A stretch of 64,000 nt of DNA, taken from IMG/VR virus record IMGVR_UViG_3300045988_098886. One strand, given 5' to 3'. Shown here in pieces: positions 1 through 10,837 of the stretch. A program made the translations under genes and the position numbers. Position 1 is the stretch's first letter; the number at the start of each line of letters is the position of its first letter. A model generated the notes under the pieces. The model was not told where the DNA came from, ran no database searches, and saw only the letters and a list, made by a program, of their open reading frames with translations. This DNA comes from a virus.

Positions 1-963
1 TATATTAATTATGATGCATTAGAAACTGACCAAGAATTTGAAGTAAATCAACCTACTCAAGTTGTACCGGTACAAGGTCCGCCAGTTGTAGAAGAGGCTC
101 CTGTCGTAGAACAAATTAGTGATAAAATGAAGTTACTCAACGCACAACAAGATTTGATTGCAAATATTTTGAGTTCTGTGGAAAATAATGTAACTTTGCA
201 AAAGGATGAAATTAAAAGGATGCTAGAGACAATAGACATTACTAAGTTCAACTTAAATGGTGAAACTGTTGAAGATAGAATCCAATCATTCAATGCTCAA
301 TATATAAGTAAGGTGCGTGATAAATTAGCAAGTCTGCCAAGGAGACTCTATACGAACAGCAGCGATGTTGCGACAATAACTCCTGAATATCTTATTGATA
401 AAAACAATAATATTATTCCAGACCCTAATGCAATTGTTTCGTTTGCTGAACATATAAATGAAAATGAGTTACTGAAAAATACAGAAATAAATACTGTAAC
501 CCTTGAAGATAGTGATATAAAACTAAATGCAGAAGAACAGACCTTTACTGTAAGAGTAAATGGAAATGATTATGTATTTGGATTTGAGGAAAATGAAGCT
601 ATTCTAAAGGATATACGTCCTTTACCTCAAGACGAAAATCCTCAAATTAAGTTTGTAGAAGAATTTAACAAGGGAGTACAATCATTAATATCTTCTTTAG
701 GTAAGAATGAGGATATCACTAAAATGACTAAACCTAAATTGATGATTTATAATAAAGGAAAGGCAATTGCTAATCTACTTTCTACATTAGACATCAATAC
801 AATAGCTGAAGAATTGTTTAATCCAGACGCTGATGTTTCAGAGGTGATTGACAAATATGCCCCAGCAGAAGCTGATAAAAATGCTACTGAAGGAGTGAAG
901 AGTAAGCTAAATACTATTAGGGACTCAATAAGAAAGAATAACGAAGGAAAACCAAACTGCTAA
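1..963 (+). CDS. hypothetical virion-module protein, 5'-truncated at the window edge
   Basis: Frame 1 is open from nt 1 to TAA 961-963; the ORF track begins only at the internal ATG 127. The stop lies 1 nt before ATG 965 of the giant gene. No recognisable motif. Confidence 0.6.
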   Translation, partial: YINYDALETDQEFEVNQPTQVVPVQGPPVVEEAPVVEQISDKMKLLNAQQDLIANILSSVENNVTLQKDEIKRMLETIDITKFNLNGETVEDRIQSFNAQYISKVRDKLASLPRRLYTNSSDVATITPEYLIDKNNNIIPDPNAIVSFAEHINENELLKNTEINTVTLEDSDIKLNAEEQTFTVRVNGNDYVFGFEENEAILKDIRPLPQDENPQIKFVEEFNKGVQSLISSLGKNEDITKMTKPKLMIYNKGKAIANLLSTLDINTIAEELFNPDADVSEVIDKYAPAEADKNATEGVKSKLNTIRDSIRKNNEGKPNC

Positions 964-964
964 A

Positions 965-3900
965 ATGATTAAATGTAGAATTATTCCCGAATTAGTGGAA
1001 ATCTGGTCAGCTTATGATACAGCCGCTGAAAATTTCCCTGACACATTAGAACCAGATTCAGTTGAAGGTAGGAGAGAGATAATCTCTTCTGCCTTAAACT
1101 ATATAAAAGATAATGGAGTAGTTCCATCACAGCAAAGTCTGGGTATGCTCCAAAACGAATTGATTAGATATGATAGAGACAATTACGAGGGCTTATTCGG
1201 CTTTGCCACAAATGAAAAAGAAACTAGGGACTTAATAGAACAAAACTGGGATATTGTATCAATAGACGAAGATGCTAAAAATATAGCACCAGAAGCTAAC
1301 GATTTCCCACAAGCTCCTATACCCTCTATTAGCGAAGGATTGGATTCTATATTTGATAATATCAACGACCAATCAAGATTTGTTAGACATTTTCAAAATG
1401 AATTAACAAGATTTGCTTTCGTAAATTATAATCTTAATAAACTTATATCTACTAATAGAGATTTAAATGATTCTATTAGAATGTATAAGAATCAAATCTT
1501 TCAAGAACTTGCAAAAGAAATAGGAAGCCCTGTTACTCAAATGTATGCAGGAAGAGAGTTTCAGTTAGAAGCTTATAATGACCTTATTAGAGATGCAAGA
1601 ATATATTTCTTTGAAGATGTGAAAGACGGAGTGTTTGTATCAACTGACCAAGATAGAATCAATGCATATAATAAATATGTGATACTTACTAACTTTGATG
1701 GATTCTTATTACGTTATAGTAAGAATATAATTCAGGTAGCAAGAGGATTCGTTGGAGGACACATAGACCCTAAAGCCGGATATAAATACACCTTTAACTT
1801 AGGAAAGCATATCAAACAGGATTATAATAATGAACTTCAAGATATTAACGAACATGTTAATGGGGCTGTTCAAATGTTTGTTAATTTTATACCTATGGTA
1901 GATGAACATAATAATCCTACAGGACAATATGTTGAATTTAAGACATTCAACTCTCTTACTAGAATCTTTAGAAATATCTCTGAAAATAACCCAGGTATTA
2001 CTAGAGAAATAAGAAATAACCCAAGAGAAGCTATTAAAGAAATTATCAATATTGCATATAATAATAGTAAAACATACTTTAAAGGAAATGATGCAACATT
2101 ATATCCGACCTTTAGAAGTGTAAGACATGCTGTATTTGATGTAACAAATCCTTCTAGTTTAGCTTCTTTAGAAAGTAGTATAACTAGTCCAGACCAGATG
2201 AACTTATTCTCAATGGTACTAAATCATATTAATAAGACATCTCCTGTAAGTTATCTACAATACAAATATAATCCAGAGACAGGTAAATACGTAGTAAGTT
2301 ACTTGGATAGTGAAGCAATCTCTCAAAAGAGAACTGACTTAGAAAAGCACTTAATGATTCAAAGTACTTATGATAATTTCTCTGATATATTCTCTAAACA
2401 CTCAATTGCTCCAGTTGAAGATGCTGATGGAGTTGTAAGTAATATTACCTTTAATATTGGGGGAGCACATTATAATTACAACTTATCAAATAAAGCTCTT
2501 ACTAAGAATGGAACTATTGTTCAAGACTACCTATCTGAATTACTAAGTAATAGAAGTGGTTGGGGACAATTCTTCTCTGATGTTATGAGAAAACCTATTG
2601 ATGCGACATTTATTGAAACGGCAACAGAAGTTAATGATGCGGAAGACTTAAAAGGATTCTTAAATGTGGCTATGGCTACTATTGTTAATGCTGATGCTAA
2701 GGATGCTGCAATTAAAGCAGGAGAAACTTTAAAGGATGTTGTTTCCACTAGGTATTCGAGAATAATTCCAGAAGATAGTAAAGCTACAACATATTATGAT
2801 AGAAGACTTGATTCTTTAAGAATTGGTGGTATACTTGATGGACTTAGAGGATTAATTGCATTAAGTAGAACTATTGCTGCAAATAATAGAGATACTACAA
2901 AAAGTTATGTAAAAAATGCTGATGGGAATAATCTCCCAAAGTATCGTTTGACTAGTGCTGGTAATGATGATGCTTATATATTAAATGATATAAGAAGCGT
3001 TGCCAATTTTAACCCTAAAAATCCAATGAATAGTAATCTGTTTATTAGTACTGATGGACTATTAACAGGAACAGCTTTAAAGACTGACTTTACTAATTCA
3101 GAGGGAACTTCAAAGAATATTTTCAAAATGCAAGCAAATGAGTTATTGTATTCTCAATTTGTGTTTGACTATCTGCAAACCAGAGATAAAAACTCTGCAA
3201 ATAGACAATCAAATGAACTTGCAGGAATTGTTGCAATTCAGCCAACTACATATTCTGATAAATCAAATATATGGGTAAAGCTAGTCGATTTATATAAAAC
3301 TTTATCCTTCAAGGATATATATGGAAATAATCTGTTTGAAGGTAAATCCTTATCTGAACTAACAGTTAATGAAATAAATCAATTAAGATTCTCTACTTTA
3401 CATGGAATGTATCATGGTCTTGCAAACCAACTTGTTGAAGATTACAAGTTGTTATTTACTGCATCTGACGGAGTATTTGTAAATGAACTTGGAGAATATG
3501 ATGAAACTGATTATAAACAGTTACGTCCAGAAGTTAAGGCTTTAATGGAAAAAAGAACTCAATATATAGGTGACGATGGAAGTTATGAATATTATGGCTT
3601 TAAAGAAGACCTGACTGTTGAGGATTTTATTCCATTATTATCTAAACTTGATACAGATACAATACATAATGCTATCTATATGTTGCAGTCTCAGGGAATA
3701 GATATTACTGTTCTTCCAGAAGTACATTATATTCAAACAAAGAAGGGTCTAGCATTTAATACTACCTTACTTGAGAATATAAGAAATTATTCTTTAAAAA
3801 ATAAGGATAACCAATCTACTCTGGATAATATTAGTGATAGTTATTGGACAAAGAAAAAAGAAGAGGATAAATTATATGCCCTAACTCTTAAAATGAGTGA

Positions 3901-6900
3901 TGTGAAGTTTGACTTGTATGATGAATTTGGTAAAGAGATTACTACTCTTACTGAAAACATTGACAGAACAGCTTCTCAAAAAGACTTTGTTGATAGACTT
4001 ACTCCTAAAGCTAAACAGGAACTATACAATAAATTGCATATAGAGTCTGATGAAAAAGCAACTTACGAAAATATTTGGATTGACAATAGAACACAAAGAC
4101 TAAATAATTACTATATTCTTAAAAAGAATGGAAGTAAATATGACATAGTTGAAGATATAGACTTTATGAAGGTTGCAGGAAATACAGACTACGAAGTAGT
4201 ACTTAACCCTGACCTTGACCTTTATAAATCTATAGATAATTTAGTTAGTGATAACTACAATGCAGCAACTATCGGACTTCCATTTTTACATCCGGCTAAG
4301 AAAGCGGCAGTTGCAAATGATGCTTCTCTAATTGATAAAATTAATGAAGAAGCAGCAAGAACAACAGCTATGTATAAGAGAGGTGTAGTAGTTGGAGCTA
4401 CAATCCATCCATTTATTAAAGGTAAAATTACTGGTATTCCAGATACTTATAAGCTTGCAGTAATTGAAGACTTAAAAACTCCAGTATTTAATGTACAGGG
4501 AGATGATGATGGAGCTACACAATTTGACGGTGGTATCTTCCTAAATCCTATGATTGCAAGGTATGAGCAAAACTCTCTTGAAGAAATCGAAATGAGTCCT
4601 ATCCATAGAAAACCGCTTGGATATTTCTCTCTTTCAAATTATCTATCTTCTGGATTGTTAAAATGTGCTACCTTCGCTGTTACTAATGAATATCTAAGAG
4701 CAGCACAAACTGGCGATGTTATAGGTAACTCCTTATTAAAGCAAATGCTTGATGTTCAATGGGATATTCCAAATCTGGATATTACAGTTGATAGAAATGG
4801 AAGAAAAATCTCTTATAATGGACAAATGTATAGAGATATTAATACTCTTAAATACTGGAGCATTAACAATATCGAGAAGCTCAATAAGATAGGTTACGAT
4901 GAAAATGGCAACCTTGATAATACCTATGAAATCACTAGAACCCAAATTGACAAGAATGGACAAGCTCTAAAAAGAGATGGTTCTATCATTACTGAAAAAA
5001 TCAAGGTTAGAATTGATACTAACTATGATTTATGGATGGCTTTAGGTGGAGAGTTCTCTGTATCAAGAGACGATAAGACTCTAAAAGAAAGTGAATCTTC
5101 ATTAGATAAACTGACAGAAGTGGGAAACCAAGTAGCTTTCAACAGAAACAACATTGATGACATTCCTCTTATTCAAGAAGCTAGACGTCATGGAGCTAGA
5201 ATTGATATTTATCCAACTGGTTTTGATGAAGATGTATCTCAAAATACATACTATCAACCAATGAAATTCTCTGGTATCGCTTACCTTGCTACTGCTGGCG
5301 CAGTTAAAAACGGTATGGCTAATGTAAATCCAGGAAGATTATTCAAGAACGGATATAACCCAAATATACAGGCTCTTGAGGATTCTGATAGAGTTGTTTA
5401 TGGACATCCCGCTATTGGTAAAACATACGCAAAGGCAAGACATGATTCATTCCTATCATTTGATGATGATTACGGTAATGCAATAAAAGGCTTTATCGAT
5501 AAAAGACTTAAAGAGGATCAAACTCGTCAAGACTACAAAAGAGAATCTCCGGAGGAATATAGACAATTCCTACTTGGGCTTTATGAAACAGCAAAGGCTA
5601 GAGCCAATGAAGAAGGAAAGAGATTATTCTTCTCTGATTCAATCTTATTACAGGCTTTAGACGAAACTGGAAGACTTGAAGAAATTGACAAAGCTCTCTC
5701 CATGAATCCTGATGAATTCGTAGATAGAAGCAGAAATAGAGGAGAGGTTGATGATGCAAATACTAAGGATTGGAAGAATAAGATAGACCTTTACCTTAAT
5801 AAAATTCCTGATAGAATTGTTAATGTAGGAAGAAACTATTTACTAGACATTCTAGATAATACTAGAAAGAAACATCAACGTTCTCAACTTACATATATCA
5901 ATATCAAGCCAGACTTTATTGGAATTCAGCTAAATGCTGAACATAGTGTTGATGAAGCTGAAGTATCTGAAATGACGCAGGTAATTTCTGCACTTGAACA
6001 AATGAGTACAAGTCATGGAATGGCTAATCAAGTGTACGAAGATATTGGTAGAGTAATTGCTAGAGGGTTACGAGAATACAATTTCGATGCAAATAGTGAA
6101 GAGGATAAAACCAGAGTATATAAAATCTTAGGTAGAGACTTATTGAGAACATTCTCAACCGGAGATAAGGACAGACTAGGACTTGCAGGAGCTTATATGG
6201 AATTAGTAAAGAAAGACATTCTTAGTGATAAATCTTTACAAGATATGGCATATAAGATTCCGTTTGATGATAATAATATCTTTGGTGTATTTACTAATGG
6301 ATTTACTAATGGAATCAATAGAGACATTATTAAACGTAAATATGCTGGACTTCAAGCTATTTTGAATCCTTCTCATGATATTGTTACAGTATATGACAGC
6401 CCAGACGGGGGAATCCTTAAGTATTCTGATATTCTTGGAAGAGTTAATACTCCTGCCGAAAGAGATGCAATCTTTAGAAAAATGGATACAGAAGTAGAGA
6501 TTGGAGAAATTAGAGCTGGTGACTGGATTTCAATACAAGGTGGAGAACCTGTTAAAGTTCTTAACTATCGTAGTAAAGTTCCAGGAACGATAGGTATTAT
6601 AGACCTAAAGGATATGAGACTTAATGGAATATTATCTGTTAAACGTCTTGGCTCTAAAGGTAGAAATCTACGTTCTGCAAACCATGTTATTAAATTAGTT
6701 GATGGAAGTTCTTCTAATGGATTTACTACATTTGATGCTTATGACTTAGATACCTCAAGACTTTCTTGGGATTTAAAAGAAAAAAACTGGGCAGACAATG
6801 TAAAGAATAATCCAACGCAATTACAAGCTTGGAATGAAATAATTCAAAGAATCCAAGATAAGTATGGAAGAACAATTACTTTCAATACCGATAAAGGAGA

Positions 6901-9900
6901 AATCAATGGTTATTTAAGAGACTTAATCACTGATGATTTAGCTGAAATAGCACAAGGAAGATATAGAATCCCAGTAGCTTATAGAAGTGGAGAGAATATC
7001 TTTGCTCAAGTTGCAGAAGATAGATTCGATGCTAATGAACTTGCTATTGGTAAGAACACTGCTTCCAAATTTGGGTTGAAGATTGGTGACTCTCTAAGTG
7101 AAATTGAAACAACTGGACCTTTATTCTTTGAAAGAAGACAAAGAGAAATTTTGAATACTGATATAGGTAGTAACAATTATGACATGTATTTTGTTAAGAA
7201 CAATAAACAACATTTACATGTTATGTTAAGTAATAATCCTGCATCTAAAGCTAGAATTGATTCTTTAATAAAGGATGGAATTATGGTTGAGGATAAAGGA
7301 GTTGAAAAGACTACAGTTAATGGTAAAAACTATGTCATAGTAGACGGACAGATAGGTTACAGAATTGATGATGATTCTAAATTCTATAATTATATTACCT
7401 CTGCTGGAGAAAGTAGACAAGTCTTAGTTACATCTGATGTAGATACTTTAAGGGGAATTGATAAATCCAAATTATATAGTAATGCTGTGTATAGATATAG
7501 CTCTGGAAACATTGCAACTTTATTCCCATTACAAATAAATTCAATGTTTACTTCTTTAGAAGATAAAGCCATATTAGAAGAATGGTATGATGCTCTTAAA
7601 GAAGCAGAGACTGAACAGGATAAGTACGATATTGCAAACGAGGTGAATGAGCAAACAGCTTTAAATCTTGAAAGAAGAATTAAAAAATCTGCACAAGATA
7701 CTTTCACTTCCTGGCAAGAAGCTTTGAAGTTCATTGTGGCTCGTATTCCTTCACAGTCTATGCAGTCATTCATGAACATGAAAGTGGCAATGTTTACTGA
7801 ATCAGAGACAAATATTTGTTATGTTCCAGTAGAACAAATCTGGTATCAAGGTTCTGACTTCGATATTGATAAAGCCTTTATGTTAGGAGCTAGTATCTCT
7901 AATCAAGGTATTTATTACAATTGGAGTCCTTTATTTAACTTCAATAGCCAAGAATTACTTTCTATATCTCACGATTTACCATTCCCAACTGGGTATAAAT
8001 ATTTCTTAGATAATGAAGTGGGATTCCCTCTTGAAGGCGATTATTCAAACTTACTTGGTAAGACTTACGATGAAATTACACATGACCCTGTATTATTCAG
8101 AAGCCTAGTAAATCTAATGAGAGAAGTAAGTAAATTCCCACCAAGTGGAAATGCTAATATGGTTAAAATTGCAGGTCTTGATGAAGAATTAATTGACCTA
8201 ATAGGAATCCATAATGAGTATGAACTTGGAGAAGCTGATTATCAAGAAGCAATTAAGAATAAAGTATTTAATGCTTTATGGAGAATTGGAGCTGATGTTA
8301 AAAACGTGGTTTCTGCTACATCTCCTATCTCAATGGGGCCTGCACAAGATGCTGCGGCTGCTTCAACATCAGGACAGTTTAGTAAGCTAGTATCTAATGA
8401 AAATCCGGGAGCTAGAGTAATTTTACAATACCAGAACTCTATCGGTAAAGACGGTATTGGTGTATATGCTACCGGTATTAAAGTATTCTCTATTTTACTT
8501 AACTATTACAATGAAAAATTAAGTAAAGCAACAGAAGATAATCTAAATAGATATACCTTTTATAATGAGAATAGTGAAAACAAGGGAACAATAGAAGTAT
8601 ATGACAATGAAGGTAACAAACACATTATTCAACAGAGTCCTACACTTCCAAATGTTAAAGTAGACCCGACAACCAATCCTGCATTATTAAGTCTTGCGGA
8701 AGCAATAATCAAGAGAGGATTCCAAGAAGACGTATTCTTAACTGACTCTGTGCTTTTATCTGCTGCTACTGATAATGCTAAAGAACTTATTCTTGAAAAG
8801 ATTAATGCTGGTCCAGACCTTGCATCTGTTTACATTTATTTGTTTGCAACTGGAGTAGATTTTAAAACAGCTTCTGACTTTATGACAACAAGAGCTGTAA
8901 CAATGGCTCAAAACAAAGCTAAGACTAATATTCTGTATATTGACGGTAAGAGAAATAATCTCGATAGGGCTGTTAAATATTATACTGAATTAGCTGACCC
9001 TGATAGTTATATACCTCAAATTTATCAACAATCAATTATAGATTGGGGTAATGATACATTAGCTAAATTGTCTAATGACCCAGAAATTGGAGCTGAACTT
9101 AAGGAAATTATGAAAACTGAAACTAAGTTCTATAATATCCTTAATAAAATAACTAATCAGAAAGTCTTAGATGCTATTTTGGATTATGCTTATAATAGTA
9201 ATACTCCACTTAAAATATATAAGAAAGAATTAGCTAAGAAAAAGAGTAGAGCTGAGCTTGAATTAGAATGGGAAGGGGCTTTAGAAGCTGAAGAAGATTG
9301 GATGCAATCTGAAGATTCAGAAGACTTTAGAGTATATAATACTGGAGAAAATAAAGCAGAACAACTTAGATATATATTCTCAAGATATGTAAACGAGTTG
9401 AAGAGAAGAAGAACCGAACTTAATACATTGACAGACGGAGACTTACACAATATGAAAGTATTGTTAGAGTTAAAACAGAAGTCAGATGAACTTACCAGAC
9501 TTGGTAGATTAGGAAGCTTGAATCAAGGTATTAAAACCAAATTAATGGATAAAATTAAGTATATTAACCAAATAGAAAGTTTTGTTAATAGAAAGTTCAC
9601 TTCCTTTAATAAAGAGAATGAACTTAGTCCAGATGATGAAGGTTATATTACTCCAAACTTTAATCTAATTGAGTTTATCCAGAATCCAGAGTATAAGCAA
9701 GAAATGATTGATGCTTATGAACAAGCTAAAGATACTTTCAATATTTTGGATATTATTACATCTGTTCCTCACTTTAACGAAATGTTAAATGCTATGGCAG
9801 TAGATGATAAACTTTTAGGATTCTATGCTTCTAAATATACTCTTACTAAGAATCTGGCAATGTCTGCATTACATGCTAAAGCTATTGGTCAGCTTACTCC

Positions 9901-10837
9901 TAAAGACATGGGAGAGATTAATAGGTTTGTAAGTGATGTTACTATTGTTAAGTTCTTAAAGACTGAACTTGCTAATAAGATTTCATTATCTCCGGGAAGT
10001 AAAATGTATAACAGTTTAGGAAAAGTTGTTCCTGTTGCCACTTCTGGCAAAATAATTGACTTTGCTAATGTGTATGATAGAGCAACATTTAAGATGTGGT
10101 TTGAACAAGAATTTATTCCAAATATGAAGGCGATGAATCCTAAGAATAAATTCATACAAGCATTAACAAGTACATACTTTAAGAATAGCTTCCAAGACTA
10201 TAACTTCTTATATAAACTTCCTATTGATTTAGGAAACCTTGAGCAAGAATCAAACGAGATTGCGTACTCTAATTACTTGAAGGCATTTGATGAAATCAAG
10301 TATACAAGACCTCTTCCAGATGTAAATATGACTACTGGAGACTTATTCTTTTTATACAACCTATTGGTTAGTAAAAATGCTTTTGGAGACAATACTCTTA
10401 CTAAGATATTTGAAAACTCCTTGAGTATGAAAACAAAGAATGATGAAGTTGAAGTTAGAAACAGTTTACTTCTTAAGTTTATGGACTTTGAAGCAAAACA
10501 AAATCCTAATCTTAATGAAGGAACTAATGGCCTTGTTGAAGGAGAAGATTACAAACTCGACGATTTGTATGTAAGACTTATTAAATATAACGAACCAAAT
10601 GGAACTAGATTTACAAAAGAATATGATAACGATGCTGGAAAGATTGTAATTAAAGAAAGTAATTATGGAGAAAAGAGTACGTTAGACTTGTTTACTGATA
10701 ACAATACAATGTTACTTCCATTCTTAACTAAAGGATTTACAAGACTTGCAACAGAAACTAAGAACGATTTAATATCTAAATTAGTAAATCTAATTTCAAA
10801 CAATAAAGCTGAAATAAAATTAACTTGCGATGAGTAA
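965..10837 (+). CDS. giant 3290-aa virion-associated protein with a crAss-like single-polypeptide RNA polymerase module (DFDID metal-binding loop)
   Basis: Uninterrupted 9.9-kb ORF. WYQGSDFDIDKAF (DFDID at nt 7856-7870) resembles the DxDxD / NADFDGD-type catalytic loop of two-barrel RNAPs, as in the virion RNAP gp66 of crAss-like phage phi14:2. An embedded Walker A GHPAIGKT lies at nt 5402-5425. ATGAGTAA overlap with the next gene. Confidence 0.7.
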   Translation: MIKCRIIPELVEIWSAYDTAAENFPDTLEPDSVEGRREIISSALNYIKDNGVVPSQQSLGMLQNELIRYDRDNYEGLFGFATNEKETRDLIEQNWDIVSIDEDAKNIAPEANDFPQAPIPSISEGLDSIFDNINDQSRFVRHFQNELTRFAFVNYNLNKLISTNRDLNDSIRMYKNQIFQELAKEIGSPVTQMYAGREFQLEAYNDLIRDARIYFFEDVKDGVFVSTDQDRINAYNKYVILTNFDGFLLRYSKNIIQVARGFVGGHIDPKAGYKYTFNLGKHIKQDYNNELQDINEHVNGAVQMFVNFIPMVDEHNNPTGQYVEFKTFNSLTRIFRNISENNPGITREIRNNPREAIKEIINIAYNNSKTYFKGNDATLYPTFRSVRHAVFDVTNPSSLASLESSITSPDQMNLFSMVLNHINKTSPVSYLQYKYNPETGKYVVSYLDSEAISQKRTDLEKHLMIQSTYDNFSDIFSKHSIAPVEDADGVVSNITFNIGGAHYNYNLSNKALTKNGTIVQDYLSELLSNRSGWGQFFSDVMRKPIDATFIETATEVNDAEDLKGFLNVAMATIVNADAKDAAIKAGETLKDVVSTRYSRIIPEDSKATTYYDRRLDSLRIGGILDGLRGLIALSRTIAANNRDTTKSYVKNADGNNLPKYRLTSAGNDDAYILNDIRSVANFNPKNPMNSNLFISTDGLLTGTALKTDFTNSEGTSKNIFKMQANELLYSQFVFDYLQTRDKNSANRQSNELAGIVAIQPTTYSDKSNIWVKLVDLYKTLSFKDIYGNNLFEGKSLSELTVNEINQLRFSTLHGMYHGLANQLVEDYKLLFTASDGVFVNELGEYDETDYKQLRPEVKALMEKRTQYIGDDGSYEYYGFKEDLTVEDFIPLLSKLDTDTIHNAIYMLQSQGIDITVLPEVHYIQTKKGLAFNTTLLENIRNYSLKNKDNQSTLDNISDSYWTKKKEEDKLYALTLKMSDVKFDLYDEFGKEITTLTENIDRTASQKDFVDRLTPKAKQELYNKLHIESDEKATYENIWIDNRTQRLNNYYILKKNGSKYDIVEDIDFMKVAGNTDYEVVLNPDLDLYKSIDNLVSDNYNAATIGLPFLHPAKKAAVANDASLIDKINEEAARTTAMYKRGVVVGATIHPFIKGKITGIPDTYKLAVIEDLKTPVFNVQGDDDGATQFDGGIFLNPMIARYEQNSLEEIEMSPIHRKPLGYFSLSNYLSSGLLKCATFAVTNEYLRAAQTGDVIGNSLLKQMLDVQWDIPNLDITVDRNGRKISYNGQMYRDINTLKYWSINNIEKLNKIGYDENGNLDNTYEITRTQIDKNGQALKRDGSIITEKIKVRIDTNYDLWMALGGEFSVSRDDKTLKESESSLDKLTEVGNQVAFNRNNIDDIPLIQEARRHGARIDIYPTGFDEDVSQNTYYQPMKFSGIAYLATAGAVKNGMANVNPGRLFKNGYNPNIQALEDSDRVVYGHPAIGKTYAKARHDSFLSFDDDYGNAIKGFIDKRLKEDQTRQDYKRESPEEYRQFLLGLYETAKARANEEGKRLFFSDSILLQALDETGRLEEIDKALSMNPDEFVDRSRNRGEVDDANTKDWKNKIDLYLNKIPDRIVNVGRNYLLDILDNTRKKHQRSQLTYINIKPDFIGIQLNAEHSVDEAEVSEMTQVISALEQMSTSHGMANQVYEDIGRVIARGLREYNFDANSEEDKTRVYKILGRDLLRTFSTGDKDRLGLAGAYMELVKKDILSDKSLQDMAYKIPFDDNNIFGVFTNGFTNGINRDIIKRKYAGLQAILNPSHDIVTVYDSPDGGILKYSDILGRVNTPAERDAIFRKMDTEVEIGEIRAGDWISIQGGEPVKVLNYRSKVPGTIGIIDLKDMRLNGILSVKRLGSKGRNLRSANHVIKLVDGSSSNGFTTFDAYDLDTSRLSWDLKEKNWADNVKNNPTQLQAWNEIIQRIQDKYGRTITFNTDKGEINGYLRDLITDDLAEIAQGRYRIPVAYRSGENIFAQVAEDRFDANELAIGKNTASKFGLKIGDSLSEIETTGPLFFERRQREILNTDIGSNNYDMYFVKNNKQHLHVMLSNNPASKARIDSLIKDGIMVEDKGVEKTTVNGKNYVIVDGQIGYRIDDDSKFYNYITSAGESRQVLVTSDVDTLRGIDKSKLYSNAVYRYSSGNIATLFPLQINSMFTSLEDKAILEEWYDALKEAETEQDKYDIANEVNEQTALNLERRIKKSAQDTFTSWQEALKFIVARIPSQSMQSFMNMKVAMFTESETNICYVPVEQIWYQGSDFDIDKAFMLGASISNQGIYYNWSPLFNFNSQELLSISHDLPFPTGYKYFLDNEVGFPLEGDYSNLLGKTYDEITHDPVLFRSLVNLMREVSKFPPSGNANMVKIAGLDEELIDLIGIHNEYELGEADYQEAIKNKVFNALWRIGADVKNVVSATSPISMGPAQDAAAASTSGQFSKLVSNENPGARVILQYQNSIGKDGIGVYATGIKVFSILLNYYNEKLSKATEDNLNRYTFYNENSENKGTIEVYDNEGNKHIIQQSPTLPNVKVDPTTNPALLSLAEAIIKRGFQEDVFLTDSVLLSAATDNAKELILEKINAGPDLASVYIYLFATGVDFKTASDFMTTRAVTMAQNKAKTNILYIDGKRNNLDRAVKYYTELADPDSYIPQIYQQSIIDWGNDTLAKLSNDPEIGAELKEIMKTETKFYNILNKITNQKVLDAILDYAYNSNTPLKIYKKELAKKKSRAELELEWEGALEAEEDWMQSEDSEDFRVYNTGENKAEQLRYIFSRYVNELKRRRTELNTLTDGDLHNMKVLLELKQKSDELTRLGRLGSLNQGIKTKLMDKIKYINQIESFVNRKFTSFNKENELSPDDEGYITPNFNLIEFIQNPEYKQEMIDAYEQAKDTFNILDIITSVPHFNEMLNAMAVDDKLLGFYASKYTLTKNLAMSALHAKAIGQLTPKDMGEINRFVSDVTIVKFLKTELANKISLSPGSKMYNSLGKVVPVATSGKIIDFANVYDRATFKMWFEQEFIPNMKAMNPKNKFIQALTSTYFKNSFQDYNFLYKLPIDLGNLEQESNEIAYSNYLKAFDEIKYTRPLPDVNMTTGDLFFLYNLLVSKNAFGDNTLTKIFENSLSMKTKNDEVEVRNSLLLKFMDFEAKQNPNLNEGTNGLVEGEDYKLDDLYVRLIKYNEPNGTRFTKEYDNDAGKIVIKESNYGEKSTLDLFTDNNTMLLPFLTKGFTRLATETKNDLISKLVNLISNNKAEIKLTCDE

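Noticed and set aside
57-10155. Minus-strand ORFs inside the giant plus-strand gene (57-293, 1183-1365, 2527-2748, 4736-4963, 7390-7779, 9190-9450, 9889-10155).
   Set aside because: They lie antisense within one uninterrupted 9.9-kb ORF and translate to low-complexity Ser/Leu/Ile-rich sequence typical of the reverse strand of AT-rich coding DNA. They show no coupling to neighbours. The same reasoning applies to 11711-12319 and to the alternative-frame or antisense ORFs within 14215-18840.
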